From: an uncultured delta proteobacterium | GTDB taxonomy: Bacteria; Myxococcota_A; Polyangia; Polyangiales; Polyangiaceae | Assembly: GCA_963850305.1 (NCBI GenBank) | Contig: CAWKKR010000007.1 | Span: 480,001-544,000 of the forward strand | Direction of reading: 5' to 3' | DNA: 64,000 nucleotides | Part shown: piece after piece, positions 10,661-20,113 of the stretch | Layout: each line of letters starts with the position of its first letter | Numbering within the stretch: the stretch's first letter is position 1 | Translations under genes and position numbers: made by a program | The notes under the pieces: model-generated | Databases searched by the model: none | The model's input: the letters and a program-made list of their open reading frames with translations, nothing else | Told to the model about the DNA's origin: nothing

Positions 10661-11344
10661 TCAATGCGCCGGTGGAGCTTTGCTGGCGTCGGGGGCGCGC
10701 GTTGCGGTCGGAGGATCGAGCACGAAGGCGGGCATCATGACCCTCAGCGTCTTTCTGCCGATGCCGCGTACCCGCAGGAGATCCGTGGGTCGGCGAAAAC
10801 GACCGAGCTTCTGCCGGAGCGCGACGATGGCCTGGGCGCGCTTCGGTCCGACGCGCGGCAGTTTCGTCAGTTCGTCGGTGGTGGCGGTGTTGAGGATTAC
10901 CTTGCCGTCGGCAGTGACGCCGGGTGGTGCGTTCGGCAGCGAGGAGGACGTCGGCGCTGGAGTGGGCGCTGCGTCTCCGCTCACCGAGGGGCCGCCACGG
11001 ACCGGCGGGGAGGTCTCGGCGGCCAGCCACATGCCGTTCGCATCAGCGCTGGCGACGGCCGTCACGGGGATCGGAACACCCCTTCCGGCGAGCGCGGATA
11101 CCGCTCCGATCGAGGCGAGCGCGAGCATGCCCGCGACGACGGCCGCCCCGCGCGACACGGCGCTCGTCCAGGCGCTCGCGCGGATCGCTTCGACGAGGCG
11201 CTCGCGTAACCGTGGGGATCGTAGAACTGCCGTTTCGGAGACGGCGGGGGCCCGCGTGTGGCCCCCGCCGAAGCCTTCGACGGCGGCAGGTGTGGGCGGA
11301 GACTCCGCTCGCGCGGTCGCGTCCATTCCTGCCGGCACCATCAC
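10661..11344 (-). CDS. comEA: ComEA family helix-hairpin-helix DNA-binding protein
   Basis: TM segment followed by VILNTATTDELTKLPRVGPKRAQAIV and FRRPTDLLRVRGIGRKT HhH motifs. Confidence 0.85.
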   Translation of the reverse strand: MMVPAGMDATARAESPPTPAAVEGFGGGHTRAPAVSETAVLRSPRLRERLVEAIRASAWTSAVSRGAAVVAGMLALASIGAVSALAGRGVPIPVTAVASADANGMWLAAETSPPVRGGPSVSGDAAPTPAPTSSSLPNAPPGVTADGKVILNTATTDELTKLPRVGPKRAQAIVALRQKLGRFRRPTDLLRVRGIGRKTLRVMMPAFVLDPPTATRAPDASKAPPAH

Positions 11345-11574
11345 GCGACGTCCGAAAGGGTGTCGTGCCCGTTCGCCGCGCGATCGAACGGCGCTGCCCC
11401 GTCTTCGCGCACGCTGTAATCCCGGATCTGGAGCTCGCCAGAGACCGGAACAGCATCGAGCTTCACGTTCAGCGAACCGTCGTTGTTCACGAAGGCCACG
11501 CCGATCCGATTCCAGTAGCTCTTGCTGTTCCGCTCGCTGATCACGTACACGATCTTCATTTTGCTTGCGTTCAT
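11341..11574 (-). CDS. Small beta-rich hypothetical protein (possible ssDNA-binding protein)
   Basis: GAGGTG RBS before ATG 11574; 77 aa with KSYWNRIGVAFVNNDGSLNVKLDAVPVSGELQIRD; stop overlaps the comEA start (GTGA). Confidence 0.75.
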   Translation of the reverse strand: MNASKMKIVYVISERNSKSYWNRIGVAFVNNDGSLNVKLDAVPVSGELQIRDYSVREDGAAPFDRAANGHDTLSDVA

Positions 11575-11638
11575 GTTGTCTTCACCTCGTGTTGTGTCGC
11601 CGGCCGGCGCTGTTACCGGCCGACGCGAGAGTCCGGAA

Positions 11639-11654
11639 TGCGAGGGCCGTGCCT
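11639..11654 (-). promoter_or_regulatory. Putative sigma54 (-24/-12) promoter of the small gene-comEA operon
   Basis: Minus strand AGGCACG-gccc-TCGCA has GG-N10-GC spacing, about 65 nt upstream of ATG 11574. Confidence 0.5.
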
Positions 11655-11762
11655 GCCACGGAGCAGCCGAATTCGAGCCCGATTCGAGCGACGCCCGCCT
11701 GGCGACCGGGATCCTGGCCGGCGCGAGTCGCCGCAGCGAGCCAGGCGGTGTAGAAAGACCGC

Positions 11763-12830
11763 ATGCCGAATCGGATGGGTCGCCGTTCCTTCGTTCGAGG
11801 AGTCGTCGGCGCGGCGAGCACGGTCGCGCTGTCGGCACGCAGCGGGTGGGCCTCTCCGGCCCCGGATCTCGTCGCGCGACCCCCGGGGGGGTTTTCTCCC
11901 CTCACGTTGCCCGGCAAGGTCGTCAAGGTGACGAAGGGCACGGACTTTCCGTCGCTCATGCAAAAAAACCAGCTCTGGCCGAAGCTGGATGTGGCAAGGC
12001 AGATGGTGGAGCGCGCCCTCATGGAGCTCTCCGGTGCGGCGAACGCAACGGAAGCGATGAAGCGCTTCATTCACCCGGACGATGTCGTGGCCGTGAAATT
12101 GAACGGTATCGCGGGCCAGAAGGGCTACACGATGGCCGTCAATTACGAGGTCATCCTGCCCGTCGTGGAGGCGATCATCGGCGCGGGCGTTCCGGCGAAT
12201 CGAATCACGGTCTTCGAGCAGTATCCCTCGTACCTCCTCGGCACGCGTGTCGGCCTACCTGGACACGATCTGCCGGCTGGGGTGAAGCAGGGCGTGCACC
12301 GCAACCTCGACGCAACCATGCCCGAAACGGCCGTCTACATGGGGGTGAAGACGCGCTACGTCCGCTTCGTGACGGAGGCGACCGCCGTCGTCGATCTCAC
12401 CATGATGAAGGACCATTCGATCTGCGGATTCACCGGGGCGTTGAAGAACATGACCCATGGCCAGATAGTGAATCCGCAAGATCATCACGCGTTCCACGCG
12501 AACCCGCAGATCGCGCTGCTGTACAATTATCCGGTCTTGCAGAGCAGGGTCCGACTCCACCTCACGGACGCCTACAAGATCATTTACGACGGCGGCCCGC
12601 TCGACAAGAACCCCGAACGCCGGATCGCGCACGGCGCCATATACGCCTCGACCGATCCCGTCGCGCTCGACACCGTCGGCTGGGGCGTCATCGACGATGC
12701 TCGCCGTGCGAACGATCTGCCTTCGCTCGTCCGCGCTGGCCGTGAGCCCGCCTACATCCGCACGGCCGCCGAGCTCGGCGTCGGCATCCACGACAAGAAC
12801 GCGATCCGCCTGCGGCAGATTGCGATCTGA
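11763..12830 (+). CDS. DUF362 domain protein with Tat signal
   Basis: GRRSFV twin-arginine signal; PDDVVAVKLN, MKDHSICGFTGALKN and STDPVALD motifs. Confidence 0.85.
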   Translation: MPNRMGRRSFVRGVVGAASTVALSARSGWASPAPDLVARPPGGFSPLTLPGKVVKVTKGTDFPSLMQKNQLWPKLDVARQMVERALMELSGAANATEAMKRFIHPDDVVAVKLNGIAGQKGYTMAVNYEVILPVVEAIIGAGVPANRITVFEQYPSYLLGTRVGLPGHDLPAGVKQGVHRNLDATMPETAVYMGVKTRYVRFVTEATAVVDLTMMKDHSICGFTGALKNMTHGQIVNPQDHHAFHANPQIALLYNYPVLQSRVRLHLTDAYKIIYDGGPLDKNPERRIAHGAIYASTDPVALDTVGWGVIDDARRANDLPSLVRAGREPAYIRTAAELGVGIHDKNAIRLRQIAI

Positions 12831-12831
12831 A

Positions 12832-13251
12832 TCACATGCAGGCGGGGATGCTGAGACTCGCGCCGGACGAGTTGACCGACGTGCAGCTCGCCGCAACCTG
12901 AGTCTGATCCGCGGCCGACAACGCTTCGCAGCTGGAGACCGAAAACCCCGAGCAGCTCGAGGTGTCGGTCTGGCTTTCCATCGCCGCGAGGGCCTGACAA
13001 CAAGCGGTCGTCTTCGCGCACGCGCTGCACGTGTCGCCTCCGCTGGCGGTGCCGCCCGCGCCCGAGCCGAGCCCGCCGGATCCGGTGCCCGACATACCCC
13101 GGACCCGAGTCCCGACGCGCCACCGGTCGAGGTCGTCGCAGGACAGGCCTGCTCGACGCCGGAGGGAGCGTGCCCCAAGGCCCGGCTGAGCGTCAATCTC
13201 CTCGAACGATGGGCGGCGGGTTCTACGAGCGGCCGCGACGGCTTCTTCCAT
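12832..13251 (-). CDS. Gly/Ser- and Cys-rich hypothetical protein (start uncertain, possible frameshift near 13097)
   Basis: C-terminal CSACAKTTACCQALAA...C...C resembles myxobacterial secreted Cys-rich proteins; the N-terminus is unclear. Confidence 0.4.
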   Translation of the reverse strand: MEEAVAAARRTRRPSFEEIDAQPGLGARSLRRRAGLSCDDLDRWRVGTRVRGMSGTGSGGLGSGAGGTASGGDTCSACAKTTACCQALAAMESQTDTSSCSGFSVSSCEALSAADQTQVAASCTSVNSSGASLSIPACM

Positions 13252-13314
13252 GCGGAAGATGCGCGGGCGGAGGCCCGTACTAACCTCTGTAGCAGTTTCG
13301 TTCGCGTGTCGACC

Positions 13315-14034
13315 ATGTTCCAGACTCGTCGGTCTTTTCCCTGGGCGCCTTGCGCGCTCGCTTTCGCGGTCGTCGCCGCCGGGTGCGCTCCGACGCCTCA
13401 GAAGCCCCCGGGCGTACCGCCGACGCCCGCTTCCGTGACCGAAGACGAGCCCGGAGGAGATGCGCACGACCCGCACGAGGCCGCGCTACTCCGCCAGCTC
13501 CATGAGCGCTGGGGCTATCAAGAAGACAGGGACGGCCAGCTCCGGGTGCCGCTGGTCGACTGGAGGAACTACGATCGCGTTCGTTACTGGGCGTTCGATC
13601 ATTTCGTCGGATTCAAATACGGCGACGACTATCACGTGATGAACGCCGTATTCATTCAGGACGTCCCGAAGGACGTGCCGATGGACAGCCAGACGTGTCT
13701 CGAGCGAGCGGAGAAGTGGGGATATCCACAACTCAAGAGCTTCGAAGTGAAGCTCGGCGAGCAACACGTCACGGCGACCCGCTGGCGCGGGCAACCCATC
13801 TACGTCGAGTCGGTCGACGGATACGTGGACTTCGGGCTCGCGCGCCGGCGCTTCTCGGCCGCCTACGCGGCGTACCCCGCGTATCCGGATGCGTGCCTCG
13901 TCTTCGGCATGGCGGTACCGTGGCGCAAGCACGAAGAGCTCGCCAAGGAAGTGCGCGACCGCTGGGTCAAGGAGGGCGTGCCCCTGATCCAGCCCCTGAC
14001 GAGGACGAAGCCGGTGCGATTGGCGGACCCATGA
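13315..14034 (+). CDS. Hypothetical lipoprotein
   Basis: AAGC lipobox; typical high-GC codon usage. Confidence 0.7.
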   Translation: MFQTRRSFPWAPCALAFAVVAAGCAPTPQKPPGVPPTPASVTEDEPGGDAHDPHEAALLRQLHERWGYQEDRDGQLRVPLVDWRNYDRVRYWAFDHFVGFKYGDDYHVMNAVFIQDVPKDVPMDSQTCLERAEKWGYPQLKSFEVKLGEQHVTATRWRGQPIYVESVDGYVDFGLARRRFSAAYAAYPAYPDACLVFGMAVPWRKHEELAKEVRDRWVKEGVPLIQPLTRTKPVRLADP

Positions 14035-14299
14035 CGTCGATCCGGTCCGCGATCGAGCGCTCGGCGAGCCGCGCCGCGACGTAGACGAGGAGCGCCAGGA
14101 TCCAGATGCTCGAGCGAACCACCATCCTTTCCCGGAAGCCCCAGTAGGGCGCGAGGACCGGAACGACGAAGGCAATCAAGGCCCGCCAGCGCGGAGGGCG
14201 AGCGCCGAGCCCGAGGATGAGCGTCACGTGTGCGGTGACCGCCGCCGCGAAGGAAATGACGAGGATCGCCATCAGGAAAATGTCCAGGCGGCTCGTCAT
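13967..14299 (-). CDS. Small membrane protein
   Basis: About three hydrophobic helices with WRALIAFVVPVLAPYWG. Confidence 0.6.
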   Translation of the reverse strand: MTSRLDIFLMAILVISFAAAVTAHVTLILGLGARPPRWRALIAFVVPVLAPYWGFRERMVVRSSIWILALLVYVAARLAERSIADRIDVMGPPIAPASSSSGAGSGARPP

Positions 14300-14429
14300 C
14301 TCGGCTATCTTAAGCGACAACCCCCGGGTCGACCCGCCTCCCGCGCCTGCCCGGCCCGTCGCGCGAGTGAGCTACAGGATGGGCTACAAGAGTAGTGTTG
14401 CGGAGTCGCGGGCAGACTAGGCTTCGGGC

Positions 14430-16304
14430 GTGCGCCTTTCGACCTTGATCCCGTGGGCCGCTCTCGCCGGAGTGGTGGCTCCGCTCGTCATCGGTCTCGG
14501 TCTCGCGCGAGCCGACGGCTTCGCCGAGCGGAGCGACATTATCCCCGTCGACAAGATCAAGAAGGGGATGAAGGGCTACGGGCTCACGGTGTTCGATGGG
14601 ACCACCCCGGAGCGCTTCGGCGTCGAGGTCATCGGCGTTCTGAAGAACTTTCAGCCCCACCAGGAGCTGATCCTCATCAAGACGTTCCATCCTCGCCTCG
14701 ACATCACGAAGGTCGTCGCGGGAATGAGCGGTAGTCCCATCTATCTGGATGGCAAGATGGCCGGCGCGTACGCCTATGGATGGACGTTCGGCAGCGAACC
14801 CGTCGCGGGCGTCACTCCGATCCGCTGCATGCTCGACGAGCTCGCGCGGCCGCTGCCGAAGATCATCGACGGGTTCCGGCTCGATCTCTCGAGCCGACCT
14901 TCTCCGGCGTCCGCGGCGCGCGCCTCCATGACGGCGGGCAACCGCTACGCTGGGCAGCTCGAAAAGTACAATGCGCTCACGCATTCCGAGGAGCTCGCCC
15001 GCGCGTCTGCCGCCGAACACCCGTTGCCGGGTGGGCTCCGTCCCGTCGAAACGCCGCTGCTCGTCGGTGGCCTCTCGGGCGCCGGCATGGACCTGGCGAA
15101 GAAACTGCTCGCTCCGATGGGCCTCGACCCCGTGCAAGCGGGCGGCGGTGGAGGCGAGGACGAGCCGGACGCCCCCAGGCACTTCGTGGATGGCGGGGCC
15201 ATCGGCGTGCAGCTCATTCGCGGCGACATGAGTGCGATGGGGCTCGGCACCGTCACGCGCGTCGAGGGCGACAAGCTCGTCGCGTTCGGGCACCCGATGA
15301 TGGAGTCCGGCGTCACGGCGCTTCCGACCGCCATCGGTCGCGTCATCTGGTTTCTCGCGAGTGACTATCGATCGTTCAAGCTCGGGATGCCGGTCCGGAG
15401 CGTGGGCACGCTCGTGAACGATCGCGAAGCCGCGATCGTCGTCTCCGAGACGGCCAAGGCCCCCACCATCCCTGTCAGCATCGACATCAAGGGCGTCCCC
15501 GGCGTGAAGTTCACGGACTGGAATTTCACGCTCGCGCACGAGAAGTTCATGACGCCCTCCTTCCTCGCGGTCGCGCTCGGCAGCGCGGTGCAAACTGCCG
15601 CCTCCGATCACCAGGACGTGAGCTGGACGGCCAAGAGCACCCTCAAGATCAAAGGCTACGGCGAGATCACCCTCGACGATTTCGGCGTCTCGATCGGTGG
15701 GACACCCGATGCCCGCGAGTTCGCCGGCTCGAACCTCGTGCGCGCCGTGGGCGCGGTCATGAACAATCCATGGGAGCCCGCGATCATCGAGAGCGCCCAC
15801 ATGGACATCGAGTTCAAGTACGCGCGCGACGTGCTGCGCTTGCGCGGCGCCGAAGCCGTCGAGAGCGAAGTGGAAGCGGGAGGGACGGCTCGCATCCGTC
15901 TGACCCTCGAGCCGTTCGCGGGACCGCTCGTCACGCGCATCGTCGAGGTTCCGATCCCGAAGCACCTCGCAGGACAGTCCGTGACCCTCTCGATCCGGCC
16001 GGGTTACACGGTCGACAAGGAGCGCCCCGCGGCGGAAACGCTCGCAGACCTCGTGTCGAACCTCGTCGACCCCGTGTTCCCGCCGAAGTCCGTGGTGATT
16101 TCTTATCCGGGCGAGAACGCGGTCACGTTCAAGGGGCACGTCGCGGAAAACCTCCCGCCGGGCGCGTTCGATTCGATCAGACCGATGTCGGCAACCATCG
16201 CGCCGGAGCCATACCGCGCCGACGTGCATCAGGTGATCGCCTTGCCGGATTTCATGACCGGGCAGGACCGCGTGACGATCGACGTCAAGCCCGTCCTTCG
16301 CTGA
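14430..16304 (+). CDS. SpoIVB-like peptidase S55 domain protein
   Basis: Signal peptide; GMKGYGLTVF, VVAGMSGSPIYLDGK and LVAFGHPM motifs. Confidence 0.88.
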   Translation: MRLSTLIPWAALAGVVAPLVIGLGLARADGFAERSDIIPVDKIKKGMKGYGLTVFDGTTPERFGVEVIGVLKNFQPHQELILIKTFHPRLDITKVVAGMSGSPIYLDGKMAGAYAYGWTFGSEPVAGVTPIRCMLDELARPLPKIIDGFRLDLSSRPSPASAARASMTAGNRYAGQLEKYNALTHSEELARASAAEHPLPGGLRPVETPLLVGGLSGAGMDLAKKLLAPMGLDPVQAGGGGGEDEPDAPRHFVDGGAIGVQLIRGDMSAMGLGTVTRVEGDKLVAFGHPMMESGVTALPTAIGRVIWFLASDYRSFKLGMPVRSVGTLVNDREAAIVVSETAKAPTIPVSIDIKGVPGVKFTDWNFTLAHEKFMTPSFLAVALGSAVQTAASDHQDVSWTAKSTLKIKGYGEITLDDFGVSIGGTPDAREFAGSNLVRAVGAVMNNPWEPAIIESAHMDIEFKYARDVLRLRGAEAVESEVEAGGTARIRLTLEPFAGPLVTRIVEVPIPKHLAGQSVTLSIRPGYTVDKERPAAETLADLVSNLVDPVFPPKSVVISYPGENAVTFKGHVAENLPPGAFDSIRPMSATIAPEPYRADVHQVIALPDFMTGQDRVTIDVKPVLR

Positions 16305-16312
16305 AAGAACCC

Positions 16313-18340
16313 ATGAACCAGGAAACGCCGCGCTTCATCGCAACCTCGACCTTGCTCGCTTTGCTGCTGGGAGCGTTCGACGCCGGAGCCGTCGGCACGC
16401 GAACGTTCGAGCTGAGCAAGGGGGACGACTTCAAGGGCGGCGACCTGAAGGGCGTCGCGGTCGACTCGTCGGGCGAGGTGCACGCCGGTTTCAATCTCGG
16501 GGACGTGCCGGCGACCGACGCCGAGTCGATTTGGTGTGCCCTCGTGCTCAAGGACGGCACCGCGCTCTTCGGCACCGGGAACGATGGCAAGATACTGTCG
16601 TCGGACGGCGCGACCGTCAAAGTGGCGGCCGAAACCGGTGCGCTGGTCGTAACGTCGCTCGTCGAGGCGTGGGGTGGAACCGTCTACGCCGCCACCTTGC
16701 CGGACGGCGAGATCTTCAAGTACGCGGGCGGCAAGGTCCAGAAATTCGCCAAGCTCGACGGGGCCGAGCACGTCTGGCAAATCGCGTTCGATCCGAAGAC
16801 GAAGTCGCTATTCGCAGCGACGGGGCCCGACGGAAAATTGTTCCGCGTGGACGCGCAAGGAACCGCCCAGGTCTATTTCGATGCGCCCGAGCAACATCTC
16901 GTGAGCGTGGCCGTCGCACCGGACGGCTCCGTTTACACGGGGTCCAGCGACAAGTCGAAGCTGTATCACGTGACCGGGCCCGGACGCGCGACGGTGGTGT
17001 ACGACTTCGGTCGCACCGAGGTCCGGGCGATCAGCGTCACGGACAAGGGTGTCGTCTACGCCGTCGCCAACGAGATCAAGAGCGGCACCGTCACGCCGAG
17101 TCGCAAGACGATAGCGTCCCCCGCCCAGAAGCCCGCGAAGACGACGGGCAAGGGAACGCTTTATCGCTTCGATGCCGATGGCACCCCCGAGCAGCTACTC
17201 GACGACAAGGACGACTACTACACGAGCCTCACCCTCGGCGACGACGGGCGACCTTACGTGGGGACCGGCGAGGAGGGGCGCGTCTACACCGTGGACGACA
17301 ACCACGATTCGATCCTCGTCGCGGATCTCGAGGAGCGCCAGGTCGGCGCCCTCGCCCTCCGGGGAAACAAGCGCTACGTTGCCGGAAGCGATCCGGCGGT
17401 GATACATCCGGTTCGAGGAGTGGGCGGCCCGGACGCCGTGTGGACGAGCAAGGTGCTCGACGCGGGGATCCGCGCGCATTTCGGCCGCCTCGACTGGCTC
17501 TCGGTCGGACAGCTCGAATTCTCGACGCGCTCGGGGAATACATCGGACCCGGACGACACGTGGAGCGCATGGAGCGCGCCGCTCGTCACCTCCGGCCCGG
17601 TGTCGAGTCCGGCGGCGCGGTTCGTCCAGGTGCGTGCGCGCTGGAGCCTCGACCCGCGCGCGGTGCTGTCAGGAGTCACGGTGCCATTCGTGACCGACAA
17701 CCTCCGCGCGGTCGTGACCGACGTCGAAGCCGAGGGGAACACACCCTCGCTGGTCACCGGTCTCGAAGAATCGGGAGGGCCGATGCCGAAGAAGTCCGGC
17801 ACCACGATTTCCCTGAAGTGGAAGGTGGAAAATCCCGACAAGGACGACCTCCGGTATCGCGTGGCGTATCGCCTCCTCGGGACGAACACCTGGTACGACG
17901 TGCTCGACCCCCGCGAGACGTTGACGAAGACCAGCTACAGCTGGGACACCGCGGATCTCCCCGAGGGTCGATATCGAGTGCGCGTCATCGCGACCGACGA
18001 CATCTCGAACCCGCCCGACCGCGCCCGGACCCACGAGCTCGAGAGCTCCGTCATCACCGTCGACAACACGCCCCCGACGATCCTGGACCTGGAAGCCGTG
18101 GGAAAGCGCGTGAAGGGGACCGTCGTCGATGGGGTCGGTCCGATTGCGCGGATCGAAGCGTCCGTCACCGGGAGCGATCAATGGATCCCGCTCTTCCCGA
18201 AGGACGGCGTGTTCGACCAGCCGCGGGAAGCATTCGATGCGGACATTTCCGCGCTGGCACCGAACGGCCATGCACTCCTGACGGTCCGCGCGTACGACCG
18301 CGCCGGAAATGTCGTCGTGCGCAACGTATCGTTGAAGTAG
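16313..18340 (+). CDS. Secreted beta-propeller protein with C-terminal FN3/Ig-like domains
   Basis: Signal peptide; repeated xATGxxGxLxxV blades; YSWDTADLPEGRYRVRVIATD and VRAYDRAGN; 8 nt downstream of the S55 gene. Confidence 0.8.
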   Translation: MNQETPRFIATSTLLALLLGAFDAGAVGTRTFELSKGDDFKGGDLKGVAVDSSGEVHAGFNLGDVPATDAESIWCALVLKDGTALFGTGNDGKILSSDGATVKVAAETGALVVTSLVEAWGGTVYAATLPDGEIFKYAGGKVQKFAKLDGAEHVWQIAFDPKTKSLFAATGPDGKLFRVDAQGTAQVYFDAPEQHLVSVAVAPDGSVYTGSSDKSKLYHVTGPGRATVVYDFGRTEVRAISVTDKGVVYAVANEIKSGTVTPSRKTIASPAQKPAKTTGKGTLYRFDADGTPEQLLDDKDDYYTSLTLGDDGRPYVGTGEEGRVYTVDDNHDSILVADLEERQVGALALRGNKRYVAGSDPAVIHPVRGVGGPDAVWTSKVLDAGIRAHFGRLDWLSVGQLEFSTRSGNTSDPDDTWSAWSAPLVTSGPVSSPAARFVQVRARWSLDPRAVLSGVTVPFVTDNLRAVVTDVEAEGNTPSLVTGLEESGGPMPKKSGTTISLKWKVENPDKDDLRYRVAYRLLGTNTWYDVLDPRETLTKTSYSWDTADLPEGRYRVRVIATDDISNPPDRARTHELESSVITVDNTPPTILDLEAVGKRVKGTVVDGVGPIARIEASVTGSDQWIPLFPKDGVFDQPREAFDADISALAPNGHALLTVRAYDRAGNVVVRNVSLK

Positions 18341-18463
18341 CACGGGTCCCCTGACACGGATGTCAGGGTGGCTGCGGCGGGGGGCACGCCGGAAAAGGCG
18401 TGGTAACCTCTGTCGTCTGCTTAAGCTCGGGGTGCCGACACCTGCGGGCGCGTTCGTGCGACC

Positions 18464-19570
18464 ATGCCTGGCTTTCGTCCAAGATCGAAGCACTTTGCCG
18501 CGTCTCTGATTTCGCTCACCCTCGCTGGGTGCGCGTTCTCGGGCGCGAACTCGGAGGGCCTGGGAGGACCTCCGGGACCCGGGGATGGCGGCGTGCCGCG
18601 GAATGTGATCCGTCTCGACGCGAGCACGGTCGACGGCGGGTTCGTCGACGGCGGGGCACGACTGAATCCGCTGTGCGGCGACGGCTTCTGCGGTGGGAGG
18701 GCTCCGGACGATCCAGGGGCGTGCGCGGACGTGCGGGAGATCGGCGCCGAAGCAGGGATCTCGCCCCCGGGGCACGACGGAGGTCCGGCACCCGGCGGTC
18801 AGGATGCGTCGGCGGACGCCGCCTCCGGCGCGCAGATCCCGTTCGAGGGAGGCGCCGGTCGCGACGCGAGCTTCGAACGCGACGCGAGCGTCCTGATCGA
18901 TGCGGGAGCGGACACGTCGGACGCTTCGGACGCGGCATCCCCGTCGCCGGCGCACGAAGTCGATGCGTCGCGCGATGCGAGCGGTGTGGAGACGGCGCCC
19001 CAGTCATTGTCGTGTCAGGTGCGGAGCGACGATTACGGAGATCCGGTGCATCAATGCGTCCCGGCGGGCCTCGGGGGCGTATCTTCCGAGTGCAACGTCG
19101 CGCATGACTGCGCGCCGGGGCTTGCCTGCGTCACGCAACGCCCGGGCGAGGGGGTCTGCCTGCCATACTGCTGCAACACGCGGACCGCGTGCGGCGCCGG
19201 CACTTTCTGCACCGAGCGTGCGCTCATCGATGAGTCGGGGCTTCGCGTTCCGGTTTGCGCCCCGGCCGAAGGGTGCGTCTTGCTGGCGCCGGACCCGTGC
19301 ACCGGCGGTGCGTGCTGCGCATCGGGGACCGTTTGCAGCGTCGTCCTCGGCAACGGGACCACCGGTTGCGTCACCCCGGGTGCAGGCCGCAGTGGCGACG
19401 CTTGTCCCTGTGCGGGGGGCTACCTCTGTTCTGCGTCGACCAGCACGTGCGTGAAGATCTGCAAGACGGCCGGCGACGACACGTCGTGCACCCCCGGCCG
19501 TTGTCAGGCGACGGCGGGCTTTCCGGACGGATACGGTCTTTGCGTGGGCTTCGCGCCGACGTCGAGGTAA
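18464..19570 (+). CDS. Cys-rich lipoprotein (DA-rich linker, disulfide-rich C-terminus)
   Basis: LAGC lipobox; more than 20 Cys in the C-terminal half. Confidence 0.7.
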   Translation: MPGFRPRSKHFAASLISLTLAGCAFSGANSEGLGGPPGPGDGGVPRNVIRLDASTVDGGFVDGGARLNPLCGDGFCGGRAPDDPGACADVREIGAEAGISPPGHDGGPAPGGQDASADAASGAQIPFEGGAGRDASFERDASVLIDAGADTSDASDAASPSPAHEVDASRDASGVETAPQSLSCQVRSDDYGDPVHQCVPAGLGGVSSECNVAHDCAPGLACVTQRPGEGVCLPYCCNTRTACGAGTFCTERALIDESGLRVPVCAPAEGCVLLAPDPCTGGACCASGTVCSVVLGNGTTGCVTPGAGRSGDACPCAGGYLCSASTSTCVKICKTAGDDTSCTPGRCQATAGFPDGYGLCVGFAPTSR

Positions 19571-19580
19571 GGGACGCGAG

Positions 19581-19994
19581 ATGGCAGTGCATCAAGAAGT
19601 GGTCGATGCCGCCACTGGTCACGCCGGGCTGATCGATGTGACCCCATTCGTGGCGAGCGTCGTCGCGCGTGCGAACGTCCAGACGGGGCTCTGTCACGTC
19701 TTCGTCCAGCACACGTCCGCGAGCCTCGTGATCCAGGAGAATGCGGATCCGGCAGTCCTGCGTGATCTGTCGCGATGGCTGTCGGAGCTCGCGCCGGAAG
19801 CCCGCGCGTGGGAACACGACGCGGAGGGGCCCGACGACATGCCCGCACATGCTCGAAGCGCCGTGACGCGCACCTCGGAGACGATACCCGTTGCAGACGG
19901 CCGCCTCGCGCTGGGGACGTGGCAGGCGCTGTACCTTTGGGAGCATCGCGCCCACGCGCACACGCGGCGCCTCGTGATCACAGTGTACTCTTGA
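19581..19994 (+). CDS. yjbQ: YjbQ/UPF0047 family protein (secondary thiamine-phosphate synthase-like)
   Basis: HTSASLVIQENADPAV, EGPDDMPAH and LALGTWQALYLWEHR motifs. Confidence 0.92.
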   Translation: MAVHQEVVDAATGHAGLIDVTPFVASVVARANVQTGLCHVFVQHTSASLVIQENADPAVLRDLSRWLSELAPEARAWEHDAEGPDDMPAHARSAVTRTSETIPVADGRLALGTWQALYLWEHRAHAHTRRLVITVYS

Positions 19995-20113
19995 GCGTGC
20001 CCCTCGGTCGCTGACGCGCAAGCGTCGGTTCGTGGACGATTGCCGCCCCGGTTCTAGCCCTGCTAGCATCCCACGTTTACCGGACAGGCCTCGTCGTTCG
20101 GCGGAGCTGAGCC

